Assembly: GCA_963675665.1 (NCBI GenBank)
Contig: OY776510.1
Span: 352,001 to 416,000, forward strand
Direction of reading: 5' to 3'
Length of the DNA stretch: 64,000 nt
From: Spirochaetia bacterium
GTDB taxonomy: Bacteria > Spirochaetota > Spirochaetia > UBA9216
The first letter of the stretch is position 1; every line of letters begins with the position of its first letter. The translations under genes were made by a program, and so were the position numbers. Below the pieces are notes generated by a model. The model searched no databases, was not told the origin of the DNA, and worked only from the letters and a program-made list of their open reading frames with translations. Below are positions 35,610-45,343 of the stretch, one piece after another.

Positions 35610-36875
35610 CTATACAACTGTAATAGCAAATAAAATCGGCGCGGAATTTTCAAGTTTGGAGATATAGTCTATTTTTGTAATCTCAACATCCGGATAAGGA
35701 TTCTGCCATGCATATTTAATTACCCTTGTTCTTAATCCGAACCTTCTGCTTGCGGCATTTGAGCCGAACCATGCTTCTTCAGCATCGCTGACCCTCCCTT
35801 CTTCAACGCGTTCCCACCAGTCCATTACGTTGACTCCGTATTCTACGGGAATAACCTCCTGCTTATTATTGGCATAATGCACAATGTATTCCGCTATTCT
35901 TGTTCCGCGTTCCGAATCGAAAGCGCAGGCATGCAGAAAATTAACGGTTTTTCCGGATCTGTTGATTTTGATACCCTTAAGCTCTTCAGGTAATGCAAGA
36001 CCTGTAATTTTCAGGGAGGTTTTTCCTCCCGCAAGTACCAGCAGTCCCCTCACATCAAATTTTACTCCGCCGAATTCCTGAATTCCCTTGGGCAGATCAT
36101 GCAGGTCGTGCCCGGCATGATTAAACCAGTCGTCATCAGGCGAAGCGGCAAAATAGTCAGACAGATCTATCTGTTCAGGCCTTGCTTCGGGACTTCTCGG
36201 AATTATATCGTTGTAGATCCTGATGGAATCAAACCACTCATGCTCCATTGTTGTCTGGAATGTTTCCATTGTCAGGGCGATCAGGAAAGGAGCCGATTCG
36301 GTTAAATCTGAGATAAAATCAATCTCTTTAATTTCCAAATCCGGAAGCGGATTGTTTACTGTATATTTATAGATCTTTCGGCCGTCGGTTATGCTAACAA
36401 CATCTGAACCCAGGGGCTGAAAACCCTTTTTCTCTACTGTAAAATCCAGCACATTTTGATTGTAAACAATGGGAATTCTTTCCGCTGCCCCGTTTTCATA
36501 ATGAATAATATATTCACCAATTTTTGTGTCGTCGGCAACGGAACCTGCCGTCCCCTGAAGGAAATCTATTTTTTCCGCTTTAAAGTTTACTTTAATTCCC
36601 TTAACAGATTCAGGATAATCATACCCCGTTATTTCGGCTGTATTTTTCCCGGCCAGCTGAATCATTCCCCTGAGGTCAAAGGCCCCCCGGAAATATGCAT
36701 GAATTCCTTTAGGCAGCAGGGAAAGATTAACGCCGGGCCGGCCGGTCCAGTCATCATCAAGGGCTGTTGTATAGTAATCCGACAGATCTACAAGATCATC
36801 TATAGCCTGCCTGCTGCGCGCAGGGATTTTATTTACAGGTTCAGCCTTGTTTAAATTTGTATCAGAGTTTTTCAT
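35610..36875 (-). CDS. Uncharacterised protein made of two tandem ~200-aa beta-rich domains (paralogue B)
   Basis: Same duplicated domain as 33115-34356; both contain YKYTVNNPLPD (31/33 nt identity at 33841-33873 vs 36339-36371); no signal peptide. Confidence 0.8.
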   Translation of the reverse strand: MKNSDTNLNKAEPVNKIPARSRQAIDDLVDLSDYYTTALDDDWTGRPGVNLSLLPKGIHAYFRGAFDLRGMIQLAGKNTAEITGYDYPESVKGIKVNFKAEKIDFLQGTAGSVADDTKIGEYIIHYENGAAERIPIVYNQNVLDFTVEKKGFQPLGSDVVSITDGRKIYKYTVNNPLPDLEIKEIDFISDLTESAPFLIALTMETFQTTMEHEWFDSIRIYNDIIPRSPEARPEQIDLSDYFAASPDDDWFNHAGHDLHDLPKGIQEFGGVKFDVRGLLVLAGGKTSLKITGLALPEELKGIKINRSGKTVNFLHACAFDSERGTRIAEYIVHYANNKQEVIPVEYGVNVMDWWERVEEGRVSDAEEAWFGSNAASRRFGLRTRVIKYAWQNPYPDVEITKIDYISKLENSAPILFAITVV

Positions 36876-36918
36876 TGTAATTACCTCAAGTAAAATATTT
36901 AATTTTTGATTGTAAAAT

Positions 36919-36959
36919 CAGGAATAATATATGAAGAAAATCTTCTTATATTATTCCTG
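36919..36959 (-). other. Long intergenic hairpin after the binding-protein gene (mRNA stabiliser or partial terminator)
   Basis: CAGGAATAATATA...TATATTATTCCTG 13-bp outer stem plus inner GAAGA/TCTTC. Confidence 0.6.
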
Positions 36960-36974
36960 TAAGAGTTAAACCAT

Positions 36975-37976
36975 TTATTTATTTTTATATGTATCGATAT
37001 TCTCTTTGGTTACAAGCGTAACTCCTGAATCCACAATATCCGGAACGGAATTGCCGTTTAAATGCTCAATAATGTTCTTTGCTCCAAGATATCCCATTTT
37101 ATAAAAATCCTGGGCCATTACTCCGTATATCGTGCCTTCTTTAACCGGAGCAAGATTTGTCTCAACATCATCCATTCCTATTGCCATAACTTTTTCCGTT
37201 AAACCCATCTCCTTCAGAACAATTCCATAGCTTGCCGGGCCCGCTCCTTCTGTTCCAAAGATTGCGTTTATCTGGGGGTTTGCTGTCAGCATTGCCGTTA
37301 AAACCTCAATAGTCTTTACAGCATCTGCATCGTTATCCTGAACATCAACTATTTCAGCTTTATCAAGATTTTTCTCTGCAAGATATTTTTTTAAACCTTC
37401 TACCTGCAGGATCTGATCCTGAGCATCAAGGTTGCTCATTATAACCCCGATTTTTAATTCTTCACCGACTTTCTCATGCAGCGCAGCGGCTTCAGCCATT
37501 CCGCATGCAATCTTGTCAGTTCCTATAAAAGATATCCTCTGAGACGGATCTTCTGCATCACAACATACGCATGTAACTACTATTCCGGCCTCTTTTGCTC
37601 TTTTTAACGCTTCAGTAAAAGCGCTCGGAGCAAACGGGTCTACAATTATACCGTCAGGTCTCTCGGCAATGGCGGTTTCCAGAGCTTCCAGTGTTTTTTC
37701 AAGGCCATGGTCATCGGCACCTATCCACCTTCCGTCAAAACCGAATTCCTCAATGGCTGCGTCCATTCCGTATTTTGCTCCCAGCCATACCGGATGGGCC
37801 GTCATCGGCGTTACGAAAATAATTCTTACAGGTTTTTCGTCCGCTGCTTTCTGTGATACAGCGCTGCTTTTTTCTTTTGAGCAACCCGACAATCCCATAA
37901 AAAGAACCATGCTAATGCAGATCGCAAACAGAAATAATCTTGTAATCCCCTTCTTCATTCTTTTTCTCCTGTTCAT
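36975..37976 (-). CDS. Sugar ABC transporter substrate-binding lipoprotein (type I PBP)
   Basis: Lipobox LSGC; HPVW...G...A, PDGII, FIGTD, IGMDD, QDFYKMGY, VDSGVTLVTKEN. The start may be the second Met (37958). Confidence 0.92.
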   Translation of the reverse strand: MNRRKRMKKGITRLFLFAICISMVLFMGLSGCSKEKSSAVSQKAADEKPVRIIFVTPMTAHPVWLGAKYGMDAAIEEFGFDGRWIGADDHGLEKTLEALETAIAERPDGIIVDPFAPSAFTEALKRAKEAGIVVTCVCCDAEDPSQRISFIGTDKIACGMAEAAALHEKVGEELKIGVIMSNLDAQDQILQVEGLKKYLAEKNLDKAEIVDVQDNDADAVKTIEVLTAMLTANPQINAIFGTEGAGPASYGIVLKEMGLTEKVMAIGMDDVETNLAPVKEGTIYGVMAQDFYKMGYLGAKNIIEHLNGNSVPDIVDSGVTLVTKENIDTYKNK

Positions 37977-38102
37977 ACAGACTCCCTTTTTGATAAACGG
38001 GAACGCCTGCTTATTTTAATACTATTTATAGTATTCTGTTTATGAAATCGAATTTTATTTAATTATCAAAAAGATAACTGTTAAAACCGATTTTGTAATT
38101 GT

Positions 38103-38317
38103 ATTTTAATATGTAAAATTTCACTCTGCATCATGAGATTCTTAGTATTAACTGTAATTTTTTAATATGTAATTTTAATTATTTAATTGTTTTCGATATT
38201 AATAATCAAACTGGTCCTGATTCTGTTTACCATTTTGTTGCCTGAATATTGGTATTAATTTTTTACAGCAAATGAGAAAAATCTCATGATGTCCGTGCAG
38301 CAGTTAACCGTTATAAT
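38103..38317. promoter_or_regulatory. Mirror-symmetric divergent promoter pair with a duplicated 39-bp activator-like site
   Basis: 38129-38167 and the reverse complement of 38253-38291 align without gaps at 29/39 (core CATCATGAGATT 12/12). Each is 21 bp from a -10 hexamer: TATAAT at 38312 on +, TAAAAT at 38108-38103 on -. Confidence 0.7.
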
Positions 38318-38365
38318 TTAGACAACAAAATCATTTTTAATCTAAATAAATAACAGAGGTACCCA

Positions 38366-39547
38366 ATGAGAGCATTTAATTATTATTCACCTACAAATAT
38401 TGTATTTGGAAACGGTCGTATAAGTGAAATCGGAAATCTAATCAACAGTGAATGCAGAAAACCGCTGCTTGTCATGAATAAAGGTCCTTTCAGACAGAAT
38501 GGAATTTATGATCAAATCAAAAAGTATATTGTTTCAAGTGGTCGTGAATTAATAGAGATGAATGATATAGATTCCAATCCCAGACTTTCAAGCGCAAGAG
38601 AAGGAACAAGAATCTGTAAAGAGAAAAAAGCCGACTGCATTATTGCAGTCGGCGGAGGAAGCGCAATGGACTGCGCCAAGGTCATTGGAGCTTCGGCTGC
38701 ATCGGGAACAGATCCTTACGAACTTCTCTGGGGGTCCAAACCTGAAGTAACTGTATCGCTGCCCGTCATAGCTGTTCCAACTATTGCCGCAACAGGTTCT
38801 GAATGCAACCCCACTGCCGTAATTGTTAATGATGAAACAAAAGAAAAGTATTTCTGCAACTGCATTCATCCTGTAACAACTATTCTTGATCCGGAACTGA
38901 CCTTAACTGTTCCTCTCAAACTGGCAATATGGGGCACAATGGACATCTTAAGCCATACATTTGAATACTACTTTAACGGAGATACAAATTCGGAATCACA
39001 GCTGCGTTTATCAGAATCGATTATACATGCGACAATGAAAGCGCTTGATGATCTTGTTAAAAATCCCGATGACGTACAGGCCCGTGGAGAATTAATCTGG
39101 TGTTCAATCATGGCCTGGGGCGGACTTACAAAAATCGGCCGCGGCGAACCGGACATGGCCTGTCACGGACTGGAGGAATCATTCTCAGGCTGGTTTGATA
39201 CTCACCACGGAGCATGCCTCGGTGTGTTGACTCCGAGATGGATGGATATTGTAAGCAAAAAAATACCGGAGCCGTTTGCCAGGTTCGGCCGGAATATTTT
39301 TTACATAGAAGAAAAAGATAACATAAAAGCGGCTGCCGCGGCTGTTGCCGAATATAAAACATGGCTTAAACAGGTTGGAGCCCCCGACACATATTTTGAT
39401 ATAGGGTCAAAAGATTTCTCTGATGAAGATCTAAAACATGTAGCAGAAACAAGCTGCAGAATATATAACGGTGCTGTCGGAAGGTTATATAAATTTGATA
39501 AAGAAGAATCCCTCAACCTTCTTAAAAGTGGAAAGGTAAAGCTATAA
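38366..39547 (+). CDS. Iron-containing alcohol dehydrogenase (BdhA/YqhD-like)
   Basis: FNYYSPTNIVFG, NPRLS, AVGGGSAMDCAK, TIAATGSE, DILSH, CHGLE, HHGACL. Confidence 0.9.
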   Translation: MRAFNYYSPTNIVFGNGRISEIGNLINSECRKPLLVMNKGPFRQNGIYDQIKKYIVSSGRELIEMNDIDSNPRLSSAREGTRICKEKKADCIIAVGGGSAMDCAKVIGASAASGTDPYELLWGSKPEVTVSLPVIAVPTIAATGSECNPTAVIVNDETKEKYFCNCIHPVTTILDPELTLTVPLKLAIWGTMDILSHTFEYYFNGDTNSESQLRLSESIIHATMKALDDLVKNPDDVQARGELIWCSIMAWGGLTKIGRGEPDMACHGLEESFSGWFDTHHGACLGVLTPRWMDIVSKKIPEPFARFGRNIFYIEEKDNIKAAAAAVAEYKTWLKQVGAPDTYFDIGSKDFSDEDLKHVAETSCRIYNGAVGRLYKFDKEESLNLLKSGKVKL

Positions 39548-39702
39548 CTCCATCCTTACAACTTAATAAAATTCTGATTCCGCCTGATCAGGGAAGACTC
39601 CTGTTAACCTGATTTCGGCGGGGTCTTTTCCCCAGCCTTTTAACCGTTTCTTTTTATACCGAAGGAGATTGGTTTGCAGAGCATACAAACAGTCCCGGAA
39701 GT

Positions 39703-40419
39703 TTACCGTAACCCTTTAAGTCTGCCGCGCAGTAGACCCACTCTCTCTTCCGTTGGAGGAAGAACTCCGTCAAGGGGATACTCCTTCCCGCAATTCGCCC
39801 ACTTGTTTTTTCCCATATCGTGATACGGAAGAAGTTCCACCCTTTCGGGAGGGTTATCTGATTCAAGTATTTCAGCCAGATGATCTACCTGTTCAACAGT
39901 ATCTGTATAACCCTCAACAATTACCTGTCTTACCCGGTATCTTATGTTGCTGTTCTGCAGATACTCCAGGCAGCAGAATGCCGAATCCCCTGAAAATGAG
40001 CAAATGCGCCCGTATTGGTTCATGTCGGAATGCTTGATGTCCAGAATTACAAGATCAACCAGGCGAAACAGCTCGGCGACTTTCCTGTTAAAAACGGATC
40101 CGGAAGTATCGACAGCCGTGCTGATTCCGTATTTCTTCAAGGACGCTGCCGCTTCGAAAAGAAAATCTCCCTGCAGCAGCGGCTCGCCGCCGGAAAATGT
40201 AACTCCGCCGTCCTCTCCGTAGTACTCCCGGTAAGACAGGGCCGTAGAAACCACCTTACCAACAGTATAGAGTTCACCGCCGTTGAGACTCCAGCTGTCG
40301 CGGTTATGGCAGTAAACGCACTGCATGTTACAGCCCTGAAGAAAAAAAACGGTTCTTATCCCGGGCCCGTCCAGGGTTCCCATGGTTTCTATAGAATGAA
40401 TTCGACCCTGAATCATCAT
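39703..40419 (-). CDS. pflA: Pyruvate formate-lyase activating enzyme (radical SAM)
   Basis: [44 protein letters not shown]. Confidence 0.93.
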   Translation of the reverse strand: MMIQGRIHSIETMGTLDGPGIRTVFFLQGCNMQCVYCHNRDSWSLNGGELYTVGKVVSTALSYREYYGEDGGVTFSGGEPLLQGDFLFEAAASLKKYGISTAVDTSGSVFNRKVAELFRLVDLVILDIKHSDMNQYGRICSFSGDSAFCCLEYLQNSNIRYRVRQVIVEGYTDTVEQVDHLAEILESDNPPERVELLPYHDMGKNKWANCGKEYPLDGVLPPTEERVGLLRGRLKGLR

Positions 40420-42644
40420 ATTCTCTCAAAATAGGTTCTGGCGATAATTTCTTCCTTCTGAATTTTTGTAAGCTTGTGAAAATTTACGGCATAGCCGGAA
40501 ACCCTGACAGTCAGGTTCGGATACTTTCCCGGATTCTCCATTGCATCTTTTAACGTCTGCCTGTCCAGTACATTCACATTAAGATGATGCCCTGATTTTT
40601 TAAAATATCCGTTGATAATGTTGACAAGGTTCTTTTCCGACGACTGCTCATCCGGACCAAGCGTCCGCGGTGAAACCGAGAAAGTGCAGGAGATACCGTC
40701 GCGACAGCAGTCGAATGGAATCTTGGATACCGAGTTAAGCGAAGCAAGGGCCCCCATCTTTTCCCTGTTATGCATCGGGTTTGCTCCCGGAGCAAATGGT
40801 TCGCCGCGCTTCCTGCCGTCCGGGGTTGAACCTGTTTTTCTGCCGTAAACAACATTAGACGTAATAGTGAGAATTGACAGGCTGTGTTCGGCTTCTCTGT
40901 ATGTCTCCGTTTCCCTCAACAGGGAAATAAACTCCCCGGTCAGTTCGGCTGCAATTGTGTCTACCCTGTCGTCATCATTACCGAACTTCGGGAAATCGCC
41001 CTCTATCGAGTAATCGGTAATCAGCCCGGTTTTATCGGTAACCGGAGTAACCCTGGCATATTTAACAGCCGAAAGGGAATCGGCGGCGACCGACAGCCCG
41101 GCTATACCGAAGGCCATAAAGCGTTTTACATCGGTATTGTGCAGGGCCATCTGGGTTTTCTCGTAGGCGTATTTGTCATGCATATAATGAATAATATTCA
41201 TCGTGTTGACATATTTTTCACATAACCACTTCAGGTAGAAGGAAAACCGGCTGCGAACCCTGTCATAGTCAAGCGGACCCTGGTTCAGCGGCTCCCGGGC
41301 CGGGGCGATATATTCCCCGTCCAGTTCATCTCTGCCGCCGTTAAGCGAAACCAGCAGGGTTTTGGCCAGGTTGCAGCGGGCTCCGAAAAACTGCATTTCT
41401 TTTCCTATTTTCATGGCCGATACGCAGCAGGCTATGGCGTAATCATCGCCGTAATCGCTGCGCATAAGATCATCGTTTTCATACTGGATTGAATCAGTAT
41501 CGATTGACACCCTTGCGCAGAATTCCTTGAACCCGGAAGGAAGATCTTCCGACCACAGCACAGTAAGGTTCGGTTCTGCCGAGCTTCCGAGATTGTAAAG
41601 GGTCTGAAGCATTCTGTAGGAGGTTCTTGTTACCATAGGAACACCTTCTTCGGTCATTCCACCTATAACCTCGGTAATCCACATCGGATCTCCTGCAAAA
41701 AGCTCATTGTAATCCGGCGTGCGCAGCTGACGGGCACAGCGCAGTTTCAGAACAAAATCATCGACAATCTCCTGGATCCGGCTTTCAGTAATAACACCCT
41801 CGCTGAGGTCCCGTTCAAAATAGACGTCGAAGAAGGTACTGACCCGTCCGAGAGACATAGCCGCCCCGTTCTGCTCCTTGATTGCGCCGAGGTACGCAAA
41901 ATAAGTCCACTGCACGGCCTCTTTCCCGTTTGCAGCCGGCCTCGATATATCGATTCCGTAGAGCAGCGCCATTTTTTTCAGCTTTTCAAGAAAATCTATC
42001 TGTCTGTACAGTTCCTCAAGCAGACGGATAATTTCGTCGTTCATCTGCTTCTTCGACAGGTTGTCCTTGTCGCTGATTTTTTCGCCGATAAGCCTGTCGA
42101 CACCGTAAAGCGCTACTCTTCGATAATCGCCGATTATACGTCCCCGGCCGTAGGCATCCGGCAGCCCGGTAATAAGCCCCGAACGCCTGAGGGTTTTGAT
42201 TTCGTCGTCATAAACACGGAAAACCCCGTCGTTATGCGTGGTCCTGAACCGGAAATGGTTCTCAATCTCTTCCGAAAGGACCGCCCCGTAGGAAGCGCAG
42301 GCGTCCCGGGCCATCCGTATTCCGCCGAAAGGGTTTACACCTCTCTTCAAAGGTTCGTCGGTCTGAAGTCCGACGATAATTTCGTTGTCTTTATCAATGT
42401 ATCCTGCCGGATAACTGAGCAGCGACGAGACCTTTTCGGTGTCGATGGACAGCACCCCGTTGTTTTCGCTTTCAGTCTGCAACAGCTTATCAAGCCGGGC
42501 ATTTAACAATTCGGTTCGTCGGGTCGGGCCGCACAGGAAATTGCCGTCTTCATAATAGGGGGTATAATTAGTTTTAATGAAATTCCGGACATCGATTTCT
42601 TCAGTCCAAAGTCCTGCATTGAAATTTCGCCATTCTTTTCGCAT
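40416..42644 (-). CDS. pflB: Pyruvate formate-lyase (formate acetyltransferase)
   Basis: [26 protein letters not shown] catalytic Cys pair, RVSGYAV glycyl-radical motif. Confidence 0.96.
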   Translation of the reverse strand: MRKEWRNFNAGLWTEEIDVRNFIKTNYTPYYEDGNFLCGPTRRTELLNARLDKLLQTESENNGVLSIDTEKVSSLLSYPAGYIDKDNEIIVGLQTDEPLKRGVNPFGGIRMARDACASYGAVLSEEIENHFRFRTTHNDGVFRVYDDEIKTLRRSGLITGLPDAYGRGRIIGDYRRVALYGVDRLIGEKISDKDNLSKKQMNDEIIRLLEELYRQIDFLEKLKKMALLYGIDISRPAANGKEAVQWTYFAYLGAIKEQNGAAMSLGRVSTFFDVYFERDLSEGVITESRIQEIVDDFVLKLRCARQLRTPDYNELFAGDPMWITEVIGGMTEEGVPMVTRTSYRMLQTLYNLGSSAEPNLTVLWSEDLPSGFKEFCARVSIDTDSIQYENDDLMRSDYGDDYAIACCVSAMKIGKEMQFFGARCNLAKTLLVSLNGGRDELDGEYIAPAREPLNQGPLDYDRVRSRFSFYLKWLCEKYVNTMNIIHYMHDKYAYEKTQMALHNTDVKRFMAFGIAGLSVAADSLSAVKYARVTPVTDKTGLITDYSIEGDFPKFGNDDDRVDTIAAELTGEFISLLRETETYREAEHSLSILTITSNVVYGRKTGSTPDGRKRGEPFAPGANPMHNREKMGALASLNSVSKIPFDCCRDGISCTFSVSPRTLGPDEQSSEKNLVNIINGYFKKSGHHLNVNVLDRQTLKDAMENPGKYPNLTVRVSGYAVNFHKLTKIQKEEIIARTYFERI

Positions 42645-42673
42645 CGGTGACTCCTTTAATAAGTCTGCCCGGC

Positions 42674-42713
42674 AAAAAAAACGTCCGGACAGATACTAAA
42701 ATCTGCCCAGACG
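42674..42713 (-). terminator. Intrinsic terminator forming the riboswitch expression platform
   Basis: Minus strand CGTCTGGGCAGAT-TTTAGT-ATCTGTCCGGACG-T8; the 5' arm overlaps aptamer P3. Confidence 0.85.
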
Positions 42714-42777
42714 GTCGGCATTAAACTTCAACTCCTGATCCCCTGCGGTTTACCCGCTGATCCGTCAGTCTCAGGAT
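42704..42777 (-). ncRNA. ZMP/ZTP (pfl) riboswitch aptamer
   Basis: Minus strand TCCTGA-GACTGACGG-ATCA-GCGG-GTAAA-CCGC-AGGGGA-TCAGGA-linker-GCCGACCGTCTGGGC: P1, P2, P3 and a GACGG/CCGTC pseudoknot, upstream of pflB. Promoter TGGACT-N17-TATCAT at 42812-42784. Confidence 0.88.
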
Positions 42778-42831
42778 GTTTATATGATAACGGATAATAT
42801 TCTTTTAGTCCAGTTTCAATCCGGATGCTTC

Positions 42832-42864
42832 TTGATTTTTACAAATGGTATCATTATAATACCA
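42832..42864 (+). promoter_or_regulatory. Toxin-antitoxin promoter with overlapping operator palindrome
   Basis: TTGATT (42832), 17-bp spacer, TATAAT (42855); TGGTAT-CATTATA-ATACCA (42846-42864); ATG 42867 has no SD. Confidence 0.65.
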
Positions 42865-42866
42865 GT

Positions 42867-43097
42867 ATGAGTTCAATACACATTCGAAACATTGATGAAA
42901 AAACACTATCATCGCTGAAAAACCTCGCCGCCCGGCATCACAGGTCCCTGCAGGGAGAGCTGCATTTCATCCTGGATAGAGCAGCAGAACTGGATATTGA
43001 AGAAGATTCCGATGAGGAGCTGAATCTGATAACAGTCAATTCAGGACTTGATTCTTCATGGAGCAGAGAGGACATATATGACAATAACAGCAGGTGA
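42867..43097 (+). CDS. FitA/StbC-like ribbon-helix-helix antitoxin
   Basis: SIHIRNIDE...LKNLAARHHRSLQGEL..IL, acidic tail ending WSREDIYD; overlaps the PIN gene. Confidence 0.85.
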   Translation: MSSIHIRNIDEKTLSSLKNLAARHHRSLQGELHFILDRAAELDIEEDSDEELNLITVNSGLDSSWSREDIYDNNSR

Positions 43098-43545
43098 GCT
43101 GATATTCATTGATACGAATATCCTTCTTTCAGCCACAGACAGCTCAAGAAAAAACCATGACGAGGCAAGAAAGCTGCTGAGGGTTATACCGGAAGCGGGA
43201 TTCAATCCTATATTCTGCGGACAGGTTATCAGGGAATATCTTGTTGTTGCTACCCGCCCCGTCGAAGCAAACGGCTTCGGCATGTCTGCAGGAGATGCCA
43301 TCCATAATATTAAACAATTTCAAAAAAGAATTGTTGTCTATGAAGAAAAACGCTCTTCAACTGAAATTCTGCAGCATCTGGTAATAAAACATCAGCTGAA
43401 CGGAAAACGAATACATGATGCAAACATCGCGGCGGTGATGATTACAAACGGAATCAAATACATCCTAACCGATAATCCTTCGGATTTCAGCTGTTTTGAG
43501 GATATAACAGCCGTCAGCTGCATGGAGGCAGTCAAAATCTTTTAG
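43078..43545 (+). CDS. PIN-domain (VapC-type) toxin
   Basis: FIDTNILL, QVIREY...ATRP, IHDANIAA, ILTDN..DF. Confidence 0.88.
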   Translation: MTITAGELIFIDTNILLSATDSSRKNHDEARKLLRVIPEAGFNPIFCGQVIREYLVVATRPVEANGFGMSAGDAIHNIKQFQKRIVVYEEKRSSTEILQHLVIKHQLNGKRIHDANIAAVMITNGIKYILTDNPSDFSCFEDITAVSCMEAVKIF

Positions 43546-43565
43546 TAGTATAAATATTACCTGAC

Positions 43566-43961
43566 TTATTCATCCTTACAGCAGTTGTCCAGAAGAATAT
43601 TCAGCGCCCCGATTGATATCGTAATCTCATAGATTGAAAGCCCCAGCGACAACAGCAGAAGGGCCAGGCTGGCTCCGAAAATAATTTCTCCTGCAAAGGT
43701 CAGCCCAAGGAAGATAAGCAGCATTGTTAGAACGCAGCAAAAAAAGCTCAGGACCCCGAGTATCTGCATATTTTTTATAATATTGATTCGCTTTCTGAGA
43801 TTGGATATCTGATCTGAAAACAGGCTGCTTCTGTTCTCTTCATACCTGGAATACAGGTCCCTAATCAGTCCCGCAAGAGTCAGATACCTGTTGGTATATG
43901 CAAGAAGCAGCAAAGATATTGCCGGAAAGAGGAGCGCCGGCGTGGTTAAAGTGAAGTTCAT
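43566..43961 (-). CDS. Small membrane protein (DUF2721-like)
   Basis: TTPALLFPAISLLLLAYTNR...LIR, three hydrophobic segments, EI.IS..AL. Confidence 0.7.
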   Translation of the reverse strand: MNFTLTTPALLFPAISLLLLAYTNRYLTLAGLIRDLYSRYEENRSSLFSDQISNLRKRINIIKNMQILGVLSFFCCVLTMLLIFLGLTFAGEIIFGASLALLLLSLGLSIYEITISIGALNILLDNCCKDE

Positions 43962-43964
43962 AAA

Positions 43965-45269
43965 CTACTCCACAACCCTGTAGATGAGCGGCAGTTTTTC
44001 CGGTGCTTTTCCACTGATTTTTACAGCCGCTTTAAAGCGACTTACAGCTTCACCAAGATTTTTTTCATCATTTACATGGAATACTGCTGTTTCTTCTCCT
44101 GCCGAAACCTTGTCGCCCAGCCTTTTTTTCATCCACAACCCCACCGCCGGATCTATCACATCGGATTTTGTCTGCCGTCCGGCGCCCAGCAGCATTGCCG
44201 ATATGCCGATCTCGGTATTATCCATTTCTGAAATCCATCCGTCCGCATCGGCCTTTACCGGTACAAGCTTTTCCGCCTGCGGCAGTTTTAAAACATCCCT
44301 GCAGACTGCCTCATCTCCACCCTGCGCCTTTATCATCTTCGACAGCGCTTCAAGCGCAGCGCCACTTTCAAGAGCCTTCGTCAGCATAGACATGGCGTCT
44401 ACCTCGGTTTCGGCAATATCCGCAAACCTCAACATCCAGGCCGATAGCGCGAATGCCACATCCTTCAGGTCTCCGGGATGCCCGCCGCGCAGTATTTCAA
44501 TCGCTTCCTGTACTTCAAGCGCATTGCCGACGGCATTGCCGAGCGGCTGGTTCATATCGGTCACAAGAGCCACCGTTCTGCGGCCGGCAAGTTTTCCGAT
44601 ATCGACCATGGCGCGGGCAAGTTCATATGATTCTTCAGCGGTTTTCATAAACGCGCCGCTGCCTGTTTTAACATCAAGAACAATGGCGTCAGCACCGGAT
44701 GCGATCTTTTTGCTCATAATGCTCGCCGCGATGAGCGACATATTATCAACTGTTACTGTTACGTCACGCAGCGCATACAGCTTTTTATCGGCCGGCACAA
44801 GGTTGCCGGTCTGTCCAATTACCGACAAACCGATTGAGTTGACGAGGTCCTGAAACGCATTCATCGTCTGTTCAATCGAAAGCCCCGGAATCGATTCGAG
44901 CTTGTCGAGGGTTCCTCCGGTGTGCCCAAGTCCCCTTCCCGACATCTTTGCCACCCTTCCGCCGCATGCGGCTACCAGGGGCGCCGCCACAAGGGTCGTG
45001 GTATCGGCGACACCGCCGGTTGAATGTTTGTCGACCTTTATACCCTTGATGCCGGACAGATCAATCGTATCGCCGGAGGCAACCATTGAAAGGGTCAAAT
45101 CAGTTGTTTCCTGCGGGTCCATCCCGTTAAACCAGATTGCCATCAGCAAAGCCGAAGCCTGGTAATCGGGAATGCTTCCGTCTACATAACCTTTTATAAA
45201 AAAATCAATTTCTTCCTTATCGAGCGCTTCTCCGCTCCTTTTTTTCAGGATTATATCGGTAACGTGCAT
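43965..45269 (-). CDS. pdp: Pyrimidine-nucleoside (thymidine) phosphorylase
   Basis: DKHSTGGV, KMSGRGLGHTGGTLDKLESIPG, PADKKLYALRDVT, SIMSKK, LDVKTGSGAFMK; start ATG 45269 after GGAGG. Confidence 0.94.
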   Translation of the reverse strand: MHVTDIILKKRSGEALDKEEIDFFIKGYVDGSIPDYQASALLMAIWFNGMDPQETTDLTLSMVASGDTIDLSGIKGIKVDKHSTGGVADTTTLVAAPLVAACGGRVAKMSGRGLGHTGGTLDKLESIPGLSIEQTMNAFQDLVNSIGLSVIGQTGNLVPADKKLYALRDVTVTVDNMSLIAASIMSKKIASGADAIVLDVKTGSGAFMKTAEESYELARAMVDIGKLAGRRTVALVTDMNQPLGNAVGNALEVQEAIEILRGGHPGDLKDVAFALSAWMLRFADIAETEVDAMSMLTKALESGAALEALSKMIKAQGGDEAVCRDVLKLPQAEKLVPVKADADGWISEMDNTEIGISAMLLGAGRQTKSDVIDPAVGLWMKKRLGDKVSAGEETAVFHVNDEKNLGEAVSRFKAAVKISGKAPEKLPLIYRVVE

Positions 45270-45343
45270 AGGGCCCTCCTGCATTGTTTCAGTATAATCC
45301 ATATCGGCTGCAAGATCGAATCTTATCATTATTTTTGGAAGTT

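Noticed and set aside
38366-39547. Fe-ADH as the missing BMC alcohol dehydrogenase
   Set aside because: It has no encapsulation-peptide-like extension, and its promoter symmetry ties it to the ABC island.
40416-42644. PFL as a glycyl-radical microcompartment signature enzyme
   Set aside because: It lies 18 kb from the shell genes, has no EP-like insert, and has its own ZTP riboswitch.
43984-44853. 289-aa plus-strand Ser/Ala-rich ORF
   Set aside because: An antisense shadow of pdp, with composition typical of mirrored codons.
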